Below are positions 37,943-49,082 of a DNA stretch of 64,000 nucleotides, piece after piece. The stretch spans positions 6,008,586-6,072,585 of the forward strand of contig JBNZDD010013698.1 of NCBI GenBank assembly GCA_050575255.1, in the 5' to 3' direction. A program made the position numbers and the translations under genes. The stretch's first letter is position 1; every line of letters begins with the position of its first letter. The notes below the pieces were generated by a model. That model was not told the origin of the DNA, searched no databases, and saw only the letters and a list, made by a program, of their open reading frames with translations. This DNA is from Harriotta raleighana. Taxonomy: Eukaryota.

Positions 37943-38210
37943 TAATAATAATAATCCTTGCATTTGATACAGCATTTTTCATGTCTTTTAGACATCTCAA
38001 AGCACTTCACGGAATATACTGTAAAGTGAATTGGCTATATTTGTGCGAAACGCAGCAGCCAATTGTGCACAGCAGTGTCGCACAAACAATCATGCATTGA
38101 AATTACCAATTTCTTATTGTTTTTATTTCCCCCAAGGGATCATTATCAGGCATATGGAGTCTTGAAACTTTCGCGCTGCTGGCAAATGAACCCAGGTCGT
38201 CCACTTGAAA
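37943..38210 (-). mobile_element. tRNA-derived SINE
   Basis: Standard body and tail; degraded head. Confidence 0.85.
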
Positions 38211-38734
38211 GAGGAATATATCTCAGGGAATACATATAAATATACTGTATATCAGGGAATGAAGAATTTCACTGCTTTCTATTCCCACAAGAAAAATAAT
38301 ACGTATCTTACTCACTGGCAAAGAGTTCTAAAGCTACAAATCTATACACGGGACATGTAAAGCAAGATAATGAAGTGACAACAATAACTTTTAACTGATT
38401 TGATTGCACTTAAATGAAGATTTAAAGGAATTTCATCACAGATTGCATTTCAAATAGGATTCAGGGCAAGTATTGCAGATCATCTGCGAGTGATATCAAC
38501 TTCAAAACAAATGCAAAACATTTGGAACTGTAAACAGCTTGGAATTTGTTTTCTAAATGTGATTTTTGGCAATAGTAAGAATTTGCTTCGAGAGCTCATT
38601 CTTAATCTGAGACTCAGAACATTCACAACAGAAAGGATTCACATCATTTAATGTAAAAACTGCTGATAATTGGGATTAGATTGGAGCATAGGAAAGGGAT
38701 TTAATATCATAATTTTAAAAATCACTGGTTTCTA

Positions 38735-39440
38735 GTCCAGCATAGCTCAGTGGTTAGAGCATTCGCTTTACAAGCGAGAGACCCAGGTTTAATTCCAGGA
38801 ATGTTTTAGACATCTCAAAGCACTTCAAAGAATATACTGTAAAGTGCATTGACTGTATATTTGTGGGCGAAACGCAGCAAACAATTGCCAGTGTCCCACA
38901 AACAGTCATGGATTGAAATGACCAATTTCTTATAGGTTTTTGTTTGGGGGGATTATTATTAAGTGTGTGGAATAAGGAAACTTGTCCAAGGTGTCACCCT
39001 GAACTACCTGGATTCAAACACAGGTCACACACTTCTAATACGAGGTGCTCTAACCACTGAGCTAGAAGCACTCTGAGACGCCGTCCGGCGTGGAGGGTAC
39101 TATATAAATCAAAGTTATTGTTGTGGTAGCTATAGGACTCCATTACTCTACTGTAAAACCACTTACTGTAGCTCAGTGGTTCGAGCACTCACCTTACATG
39201 CATGAGAACCGTGTTCGAATCCAGGCAGATCAGGACGAAACCATGGGCAAATTTCCTTACTCCACACGTCTGATAATAATCCGTAAAAAAAACCACAATA
39301 ATAAAATTGGTTATTTTCAATCAATGACTGTGTGTGGGACACTACTGTACACAATTGGCTGCCACATTTCACCCACAAATATACAGTCATTTCACTTTAC
39401 ATGTGTGAAAAGGGATATATCAAATGCAAGGATTATTATA
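38735..39440. mobile_element. SINE cluster: plus head (38735-38800), minus copy (38800-39141) with nested L2 tail, plus copy (39165-39440)
   Basis: Three A/B-box heads and two bodies visible; 63-bp L2 tail at 39065-39127 flanked by an AGCTA duplication. Confidence 0.88.
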
Positions 39441-39632
39441 TTATGATATTATTTATTATAGTATATTCTGCAAAGCGTTTTGAGATGTTTGAATAATGTG
39501 GTTGTGCACTATATAAAATGCAAGGATTATTATTGGTCTGTAAAGGAGTTCCTGCGTAGTCTCTCCTCAATAAAGTGACATTTTGTGACCATTTGGATAT
39601 ATTTATTTCTACTTCTGAGATCAGCCCATTGT

Positions 39633-39654
39633 GAGAGAGAGAGAGAGAGAGAGA
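39633..39654 (+). repeat. (GA)n microsatellite
   Basis: Direct observation. Confidence 0.95.
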
Positions 39655-40499
39655 AAGCAAATTGAAGGTTTCAGATGGCATTCCAGACTTGCATAACAGA
39701 TGTCACCTGCGAATGTGCTTTGATACCGCATGTTTCAGTTCTTTTCAGCTCGGTAATTGAAAAAGTGGCATTCCTGGGTGCAACTAATGAAGTTCAGACA
39801 TTCCTGCTCGAGAAGTGGAATTAGGCGATTGTGATATTTAATGCCTGCTAAAGATGTGAGGGTGTCAACAAGAAGCAACTTTAAACAAACTGACTGTGGA
39901 CCCAGGTTTAGTGGGAACGATCCCATGTGTGTTTCAGTTGAGTGACTACTTCAATCAGGTGCGTTTTAGCTAAATCAAAAGTACATTCACACAATATGTT
40001 CACGATCATCTATTCTTTCATAATAAGCCTTCGATTTGACTTAGTGTCTTATCATGTCTTCAAGAGTCTCCAAAGCGCATCATAAGAATATACTGGAAAG
40101 TGAATTGACTGTATATATTGAGGTTGAATTATGACAAACTGAAACAACGAAAAGAAGTTGCATTTATACTGTACAGTGCCTTCAAACAGAGTGTGTCTCA
40201 GAGCGCTTAGCTACTGGTCATAATATTTCAATGCAAAAATAATCTACCAATTGTCCTTATTTGCCCCCTCAAACGTTTTCACTTTGTCTTCTCTTCTATC
40301 CCCAGATAATACATAAATACATCTTTCTATCATCAAATATACATTAATACGATTGAGAAGGGGAGATAATCTCTTTCTGCAAAGACCTCCAGGGATTTAA
40401 CCTCTCTACCTCTTTTCTTCAAGTGGTAGTCAATAGGCTAACCAGGTACCACTAGGTATCTGCATCTGAGTGCAACACGTAACTTTCTGTGTACATACA

Positions 40500-40820
40500 A
40501 CATGATTTATATTTATATAGCATTTTCATGTTAGCAGGTCATCTCAAAGCATCTCACACTGCCGGCTGGACACCTGAACAAGCGGTGGGAGTTGAAAAGT
40601 GAGGAGAGGAAGGAAAACAGAAGGACATTGGGATAGATTTCCAGAGAATAGGGTGAAAATGTCTAAAAGCTTGAACACCAAGGGTGGATGAGATAAGGCA
40701 GTAGACGTGAAGTAGTCCAGTGTCAGCTGAGCAGAGAAAGCAGAAGGTCAGTAGAGCTCCAGGGGTTGACAGAGATGGGGTGAGGATGTAGATGCAGGAA
40801 CTTTTAAAGATACAAATGGC
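40500..40820 (-). mobile_element. Old L2 3' fragment
   Basis: Minus strand SADTGLLHV...STLGVQAFRHFHPILWKSIP (L2 C-terminus-like) plus tail. Confidence 0.7.
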
Positions 40821-41077
40821 TGTGTTTGCACAAATTGTAGTGATCAAGGACTGCCCTTGAATAACAGTTGACTATTATGTAAGTGGCGGGTACTGTATAT
40901 TTGTTGGGAAAACAAATGTCAGGCTTTCCATGCATTAATGATGCTGTCAATTGCATACCTAAATGACAGCAAATATTCTGTGTGTGTGTGTGTATGTAAA
41001 AGAAACAGCTGCCTTTTGCTGTTCAGCCACCAGAGCAGCAGGACATTGCAGTGGATTAATTATTAGTCAAGATTCCC

Positions 41078-41305
41078 TCCTCCTTTTGAATTTTGCTGTG
41101 GGAACTTCAACATCTGCCTGAACAGGCAGAGAAAGGACCTCAGATTAATGCCTCATTCAAAGGACGGCATATCCGACAATGCAGCACACCCACAGCACTG
41201 CACTGAAGTGTCAGCCTACACAGTGAGTTCGAAGAACTTCCTGACATGGGACTTGAACCCATGACCATCCAACCCAGGGGTGAGAATGCTATCAATTGAG
41301 TCAGC
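41078..41305 (-). mobile_element. Deu-domain SINE
   Basis: Minus strand GGGTTCAAGTCCC...GCTGACACTTCAGTGCAGTGCTG...GCTGCATTGTCGGA...GCCGTCCTTTGAATGAGG. Confidence 0.8.
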
Positions 41306-41367
41306 GTGATACTCTATCGGCCTTTCCTCCACTAAAGCAACATTTCTATCTGAAATCAGATGTCTCT

Positions 41368-41565
41368 CAACAACAACAACAAAATTACATTTGTGGCGAG
41401 CCTTTCACATCGAGAGGTCATCTCAAGGCACTGGACAGTCAGCAGTAAGGACCCAAGCATATGTGGGGGGAAGCATGGTTGGGATGAGGGAGGGCATAGA
41501 GGTAGGATAGTGGCTGAAGGCATGGTCGAAGAGGAAGGTCTTGAGACAAGTCTGAAAGGAGGCTG
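41368..41565 (-). mobile_element. L2 3' end
   Basis: (CAA)n-AAAATTACATTTG...CCTTTCACATCGAGAGG...GGTCGAAGAGGAAGGTCTTGAG. Confidence 0.82.
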
Positions 41566-42037
41566 CATGGGACCTGCTTTGGGCCCGGCCTTTGCACCTA
41601 CTTTGGGAAGAGTGGAAGAGGGAGTTTCACATTTGTGATTATTATTTGGTAATTGACTGGATATTGCTGCTCTGACTCAGGGGAAGCTTCAGGTGAGAGA
41701 AATACAAGAATATTTGACAGCTTTTTGTTCAGTGCCTTCCTTGGCTTTACAGGCAAACTCAAATATAAAAAGGATACTGTACATGGGACAATTATTGTTC
41801 CTACTGAGGTAGTGTGATTTAATATCCTGGTGAATCTTTCTAATTTAAAACAATCTCAAGAACTGAAGTCATACAAAAGGCAAAATTAAACCCAATTTGT
41901 CCTGTTGATTCAGAGCAGTATAAACAGCGTATTAATTTCTGAAAGGTATGAAATTTTTTAGAAAAGGCAATCATCATCTAAAATGCATCCATCTTGCATA
42001 ATGTGCAGCTGGTCTGATTCAATTTCATTGCAATTAG

Positions 42038-42410
42038 AATAATAATAACAACCCTTGCATTTGATATAGCGCCTTATCATGTCTTCTAGATGTCTCAAAG
42101 CACTTCACAGAATACTGTATATTGTAAAGTTAATTGACTGTATATTTGTGGGCAAAACGCAGCAGCGAAATGCACACAGCAAGGTCCCACAAATAGTCGG
42201 GGATTGAAATGAGCAGCTTATTTTTTTTTCTTGAGGGATTATTATCAGGCATGTGGAGTAAGGAAACTTCAGCTTATTTTTTTTTCTTGAGGGATTATTA
42301 TCAGGCATGTGGAGTAAGGAAACTTGTCCAAGGTTTTGCTCTGCTTGGAATTGAACCCAGGACTCACACTTGTAAGGCGAATACTCTAACCACTGAGCTA
42401 CCAGACTCCA
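42038..42410 (-). mobile_element. Full-length SINE with an internal 56-bp tandem duplication
   Basis: 42214-42269 and 42270-42325 are identical copies inside an otherwise standard SINE. Confidence 0.92.
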
Positions 42411-44206
42411 CGCATCTCTTATTTGAATCTTCAAGCTTCAGTGGTGCCCATTTGCCATTCAACACGTCAGTCTCTTGTATATCATTCTCTCTGCAAATGT
42501 AAGCTCTTAGTTAAATATTTCTGTGTATAAAGTACTTATTGAAATGAGAAGGTTTCATTTCCATTTCTTTCTACATTACTGCCCTTTCCAGTAAACGCAT
42601 GCTGAATTCTGTTTTGTTCTAAATATGTAAATAGCTGTAAATGTTTAAATTTGAAAGTGAATTATATCTTATAAAGCAAAACTAACAACTAAAGAAAAAT
42701 TGCATCTGGGGCTATATCTTCACCTACAAAAATACATTGTAAATACACTACGATAAAAATTCTCTGAAGCATTTTGAGTTACTTTGGTAACACTTTAAAC
42801 TCTCCGAGACACTGCCCCATGTGAAGGGCTCTATATAAATCCATGTTGTTGTTGTTGTGGTTATGATAAGACACTAACTCAAATGCAAAGATTATTTTTA
42901 TTTACTGAATTTACGCATCATGTTATAGAGTCCAGAATGTGACAAATTGTTGAATTTAGACTTCACAGTACTTTGAAACCGCTTTTGTGTACTTCTAAAA
43001 AGAACAGCAGTATATAAAACAGCTTTGCAATTAAGGCCATGTTTAGAATGTGCCCAATTCTGCATCCTTTGAAATAAATTCTTTATTTAAGAGTAAACTT
43101 ATGTCAAGGTCAAAGTGGAATTGCTTCCCACATATGAACTTACTCATTCCCTCCACCCAGTGCATTAACTGAGCCCTGTTTCCACAACTCCTCTGCATTG
43201 TTTTACTTCACTGGAATCATTTCACTGGAATCCTCACTGCCTTGCTCTGGCCTTTCAAAACATTCCTACAGTCACACCTTTTCAAGTATGCCCTTAGCCA
43301 CCTATGAAGTAATTTCCATCACTACCATTATTAAGCACATTTAGATTTTTTTTTACATAAATAGGGCTATTTAAAATGAGGTTATTAACTGTACTTAAGT
43401 GTCATGATCTAAGCAGAATGGACCAATTCATCCCTTCTCAAATATTTTAATAATAAATTATAAAAATCCTTACATTTAATATAGTACCTTCCATGCTAAG
43501 AGGTCAACTTGAAGGCACTTCACTGGATATGCTGTAAAGCATTTTGTAGGTGAATTTTTACAGGAACATCAGATCAGGTGAGGTAATAATACAAAAATAC
43601 AGCAAAGAATCAACTTGGAGTCATGTAGCTCAATGGTTAGAGCACTCATCCTATTAAGGATTGTTATTATTAATGGAGAATAAAATTAGTTTTTTGTCTT
43701 AGTATTTGGTGTTAAATGTTTTGTGTTTTTCCTTTTTTAATTTAGAAGACTGCACACAGTACAATGATTTAAAACAATCTGACCTTTGAAATCTTAAAGG
43801 TATTTTACTTCAGGGCAAGTCATTAAACTAATTTATGGCTGAAATAAATTGCGCGGAAATGTAATTTTAATTTGAAGAAGAAAAATTAAATTAAAATGTG
43901 TTTTATTTCTGATTTGTTTAGATCATGCCTGCCCCTGGCTGTTTGTAAGAATGGTTAACTTTATATATAGTATATAAATAAGAGAATTATTCATTCATAT
44001 ATTTTCATTTGGTGTTTTTATTGTAAGGACATTATCTCTGTTGCATTGCATTCCCATTATACCTGGGTGAAAATCACATGGCAAGGAATGAGTGCTTAAT
44101 AGATATCAATGTGAAATTTCTTAGTGAATAAGATACAAAACAATTTGAGCAGTCTTTGATGAGAGAAAGGCATTCGACTCACTGAAGCTCGTCCCTCCAA
44201 TATATT

Positions 44207-44500
44207 AGCTTGGTTCAATTGGTGGCACCATTTGCCTCTGATTTAAAGATTGAGGGTTCAAGTCCTACATTGGAACAAGCTCCTAATCTATAATGACACT
44301 GGGATTGCTGTTCTGTCCTCAGGAAAGATGTTAAACTGAGATCCCATCTGCCTTTTCCTCAGGCAGACATTGAAAATCCCATGAAAGGAGTTTATCTGGT
44401 GTCCTGGCCACCATTCTTCCAGATAAAGTTGAAATTTCACCTACCGGCACCTTGCTCTGTGCAACATGATTCCTGGTTTTGTCTGCAAAAACAGTCACTA
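44207..44500 (+). mobile_element. Deu-domain SINE
   Basis: Head AGCTTGGTTCAATTGGTGGCAC...GGGTTCAAGTCC, then AGATGTTAAACTGAGATCCCATCTGCC...GGTGTCCTGGCCA. Confidence 0.7.
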
Positions 44501-45074
44501 CACTGTGCATTGAAATGTTTTAAATGTGATAAAGGACTATAAAATGCAGAGAGAGAAAATTTGACTCATTCGTGTAGAATTTCAGAGCATCCGGAATTTC
44601 ACAAATTATATAATAATAATATTAATAATTATTCTTGCATTTGATAAAGCATCTTACATCATCAAGATCCTCACAGGATACGCTATACAGTGGTATTAGT
44701 TTGCAAATTCTTAAATGTTGCCCTTATTTTGAGACCAGTCTGCTGTAAACAAAATTGAGAACTAAAGAAAACCATCAACTTCAAAGGTAAGACTGAATCC
44801 AACAATTTGCCAAATTTTGAACACTGAAATGTTACATCGAGTGAGACTCATCAGAGCTGAAATTTCTTGCAACATCTCGTCACCTGTGATCAGTTTCACT
44901 CACTGGAACATTTCAGTGTTCAAAATTTGGCAATTTCTTGGATTCAGTTTTACCTTTGCAGTTAGTGAAATTTCTTGTTCAATGCTGCGATGTGAGGACT
45001 GTTACATGGGTAATCTGGAAGGATGAGATGAGATCAAATCAACCATTAAAATCAGTCTTGTAACCTTGCATGTC

Positions 45075-45400
45075 AGACTGGTGCAGTTGGTAGTTCTCTT
45101 ACCACTAAGCAAAAAGATCATGGGTTCCATGTACGTTAGAATATTGAACTTGTGTATTCTAGATTGATACTCCAAAGCTTTGCTGGGAGTATACTGTATT
45201 GTTAGAGATACCATCCTTTGGAAGAGATGTTAAACCAAGGTCCAGCCTGCCAGTTGAGGTGGATGTTAAAGATTCCCTCGCACTATTCATAAAGGGCAGA
45301 GAGTTTCTCCTGGTGTCCTGACCAACAATCTCCCAAATCAAATTAGTTATACATTTTATGACTGTTATGTTGCAATACTGTGTGAAAATTAGTTATCACT
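45075..45400 (+). mobile_element. Deu-domain SINE
   Basis: GAGATGTTAAACCAAGGTCCAGCCTGCC...AGGTGGATGTTAAAGATTCCC...TTCTCCTGGTGTCCTGACCAACA. Confidence 0.75.
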
Positions 45401-45451
45401 TTCATTTACAATATCCATAACCACTACACATTACAGTGAACATTGAATTTT

Positions 45452-45760
45452 GCCCTAACCACCCAAACATCGCTGGCCGGCCTTTCAGCCTCTCTGCCCC
45501 CAAACTCTGGAACTCCATCCCGCAATCCCTCCGCCTTGCTTCCTCCCTTTCCTCCTTCAAGGCCAGTCTCAAGATCTTCCTCTTCGACTGCACCTTCCGT
45601 TCACCCCAACCCCAACTCTTCCCACTCTCCTTTCCCCTCCCCTTACCCCCAATCTCCCCCATGCTTGGGTCCGGATCTGACTGTTCAGTGCTTTGAGACA
45701 TCCTCCCGACGTGAAAGGCGCTATACAAGTGTAATTTTGTTGTTGTTGTTGTTGTTGTTA
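45452..45760 (+). mobile_element. Young L2 3' end (tail type A)
   Basis: GRPFSLSAPKLWNSIPQSLRLASSLSSFKASLKIFLF, then CCTCCCGACGTGAAAGGCGCTATACAAGTGTAATT(TTG)7. Confidence 0.9.
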
Positions 45761-46341
45761 AAGTGCTTTGGGACATCCTCGCCAACCTCAAATATAAGTG
45801 TTATTACTGTATTATTTTTCCTTCTATTTTCACTTATTCTCCCCTGAGAAGCTTTCTTGTGTTACTTTGAAATGACGGTATTATTGTTTGGAACTCTTTT
45901 CCAGATGTCAAATTCTGCAGGAAAGGACTTTAACATGGGGCAGACATTTTTCAAAAAAACATAGCAGGTGTGAATTAAAATAAGTATGTTTGGCAGCCAA
46001 GTCTGTTCTTCTTCATTTTCGCCACACTAAAGAAACAGGTCATTAAGTTTTCGAACACCTAAACTGAGTATAGATTCATNACAGGTGTGAGTTAAAATAA
46101 GTATGTTTGGCAGCCAAGTCTGTTCTTCTTCATTTTCGCCACACTGAAGAAACAGGTCATTAAGTTTTCGAACACCTAAACTGAGTATAGATTCATTATA
46201 TATATATATAGATATATATATATTCATTATATAGATTCATAGATTCTATATAAATATTTTTTTTATTGATTTTGATTGATTGATTGCATTGAATGTATGT
46301 AATGTTAACTTTCACTTTGGAAATAGTTACCCTGCACGTTA

Positions 46342-46824
46342 TGTTAGAGATCACAATATACTCAAAAGTGGAAGTAAGGTTACAGCCAGCCTCTATTCCT
46401 TCTTAACACAGGATCTTTATTTGAACAAACCCGTTAGGGCGACAGTTGTTTTAAACACGTAAACTCCCGAATACAATACAGCGAATACAATGAGAATATA
46501 CTACCCGGTCGGGGTCCGGACGGGGCAACTGCTCTGCGATTGATGCCTGTTTCCTTTACACCGCTGTTTCTCACAGCTCTTCCATCTACTGAACACACAC
46601 CTTCCCTTCTTCTCCTGTCTCTTATATCTTCCTACTGTCCACGCGTAACTCTTCTCCCTGATCAGGCGGTGTTCACGTGCCATTCTCCCGCCTTTTGGTC
46701 AACAGTCCTTTTGCACTCGGTTCACTTCCCTTATCTGCTCAGCAACAGACGTTTACCAAGATAGCTCATTACATTGCATCATGCAGCTTTTAAGTTAACA
46801 CACACTGATCCCCCTTTCGCAACA
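46342..46824 (-). mobile_element. Probable solo LTR (ERV- or Gypsy-like), 483 bp
   Basis: TGTT...AACA termini; flanks GTTA/GTCA (4-bp TSD with one mismatch); minus-strand TATAAG (46621-46626) upstream of AATAAA (46416-46421); CpG-rich relative to flanks. Confidence 0.7.
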
Positions 46825-48267
46825 GTCATATGAGCAAGAGTAGGTAATTGGGTTGTGGAGAAAGCTATTTTATTAGATAATATCAACTCTTTTTTTCAAT
46901 CCCATTTCTCCGTTGTGTTTAGTTATGCGTTCCTCATCTCAAAATAATGTCTCTGGTTACAGTTTCCTAATTTTGCACACGCAACTTCTCCACACTTAGC
47001 TCACCAATTCCCTTCATGATTTAAAATACTTGGGTCACACTTCAAAGGCAACATCAGCAACTTGCCTTTATTTAGCGCCCTTCACACGGGTAGCATCCTG
47101 GAGCGCTTCACTTCACTTACCTTCCTCCTCTCTCCCTTCCCCCACCCGACGCTGCGTGAACAAATGTCTTACACTCTCTGGTCTCTGTCTGACAATAGTG
47201 TTTGTGTGAAGTATAGCTTGCAGAATAAAATGTAATGATAGAAATGCACAAAGGAAAGTTAGCACAAGAATCCATGCAACATTACAGGAAAATGGGATAC
47301 AGACCTCAGTATTCCTGTTTCAAATTGTTCAAGTCATTGCCTTTCAACACAAATCACAGTCAATTAAGCTAGTAACCATGATCTAGAAAGTGGAAGTAAA
47401 ATGACTTCTTACAGGGTTCATAAAAATAATAGGCAACCACCAACAGTTTCAGCAATAAAATGGCATTTGCCAAATGTATCAATACCTGTTTTGGTTAGCT
47501 GAGTATCTGTCATATATAGAAACCTATCACCCATGTTTAATCATTATTTTGGTCAGCTGGGTGTCTGATACATGCAGAAAACCATCACCATGCTTAACAT
47601 GAACCAAGCAGCACTCTGTAGCAGATTTGGGAGGACGTGCATTTAAACACAAATCCTTACTTATTGCTGAACCATTTACATGTAACTATCGCTTGAACTC
47701 TTAATTTATACCAAAAGTTACAAATGCATTTAAAGTTCAACTTTAAATAAACACTACTTTAAATTTACTTGAATAACTTACACTTATTCAAGTAAGATTG
47801 TCTTTGCAGTCTCTTAGCTAATGTAGAATCACCTAGACACTATCCAATTGTCTAAGAACAGTATTTGTGTGCGTCAAATCTGTTGCATGTAGCGAGCATT
47901 GATTCTGTTGGTTTTGGGAGCAATGCAAGACTGGGCTGAAGCAATTAATTTGGCCTGGGATTTGGGTAGGTTGAGGGGAGTAAAAAGAGCCACAGCCAAT
48001 CCTTACCTGATTGCAAGTCGAGCACTGATGTTGCCTTCCTGAATGAATTACGTTATTTTCCCTTGAGATTGAGTATTGTGTTAAGTCTCCTTCCAGGAAG
48101 GGGCCATGAACAGCACAGTATTTCTCCAGGTGCATTAAGTTTGAACAAAAAAAACTTGAGCATTCCAATAGGGATACATCTCATAGAGGCAGCACTAGCA
48201 AAATGCTTTCCCTGGACTGAAGACAACTCATGGCCTGATCTCCATTCACTACCTGTGTCGGTGCAGG

Positions 48268-48495
48268 ACAACAACAACAACAACTGTGATTTATATAGCG
48301 TCCTCCACACCGGATAGCGTCTCAGAGCGCTTCACAACAATGGATCCCAGGACCGAGTCACGGACAGGGGTAGAAAGGTGACCGAAGGTGAGGTGGAAAA
48401 GAAAGATCTTTAGCTGAGACTTGAAACTGGGAAGAGAGGGGGAAAGGCGAAAGGAGTGAGGAAGGGAGTTCCAGAGCCTCGGGGCGTAGTGGTTG
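48268..48495 (-). mobile_element. L2 3' end (tail type B)
   Basis: Closely similar to 21049-21285; (CAA)n tail. Confidence 0.85.
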
Positions 48496-48599
48496 AGGAC
48501 ACAGCCAATAATGAATGGGACATTTCAGCAGATTTTCTGGGATGGAACAGATCAAAGAGAGGAGAAAGTGGGTGAAAGACGCAAAGGGCAGAGAAGGAG

Positions 48600-49082
48600 G
48601 TGATATTACGAGATGTCTCAAAGCACATCACAGAATACCATATACTGTAAAGTGAATTGACTGTATATTTTGTGGATGAATCGTCGTATTTTTTTAATTT
48701 ATTTTTAATTTATATATTATATTTATATAGCGCCTTTCACGTCAGGAGGACGTCCCAAGGCACTGTACAGTCAAGTCAGGGGAGGGGTCGGGGGAAGAAA
48801 AGCAGGAAAAAACTGACTGTATATTTGTGGGCAATTGTGCACAGCAGAATGCCTCAAACAATCGTGGATTGTGTGACCAATTTATAATTTTGTTTTTAAG
48901 GAATTATTACCCCCAAAAAAGCAATCCAACAATTGACTAACAACTCAGTTCCTACTTACTACAGTACTAGGTAAACAGAGGTGTGTGGAGCAAGGAAACT
49001 TGCCCAGTGTTTCGCTCTACTGGGAATCAAATCCATGTCTGTCGCATGGAAGGCGAGTGCTCTAACCACTGCACTACAGGAC
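48600..49082 (-). mobile_element. Long-form SINE with an L2 tail at about 48690-48812, plus an adjacent SINE 3' part
   Basis: Head at 49082, long core CCTCTGTTTACCTAG...GGAACTGAGTTG; TGACTGTATATTT(T)GTGG present on both sides of the L2 tail. Confidence 0.82.

Noticed and set aside
44155-44206. Possible second Penelope/hammerhead remnant (TTGATGAG...CTGAAGCTC)
   Set aside because: Core boxes are not intact, and the downstream sequence is explained by a Deu-SINE head
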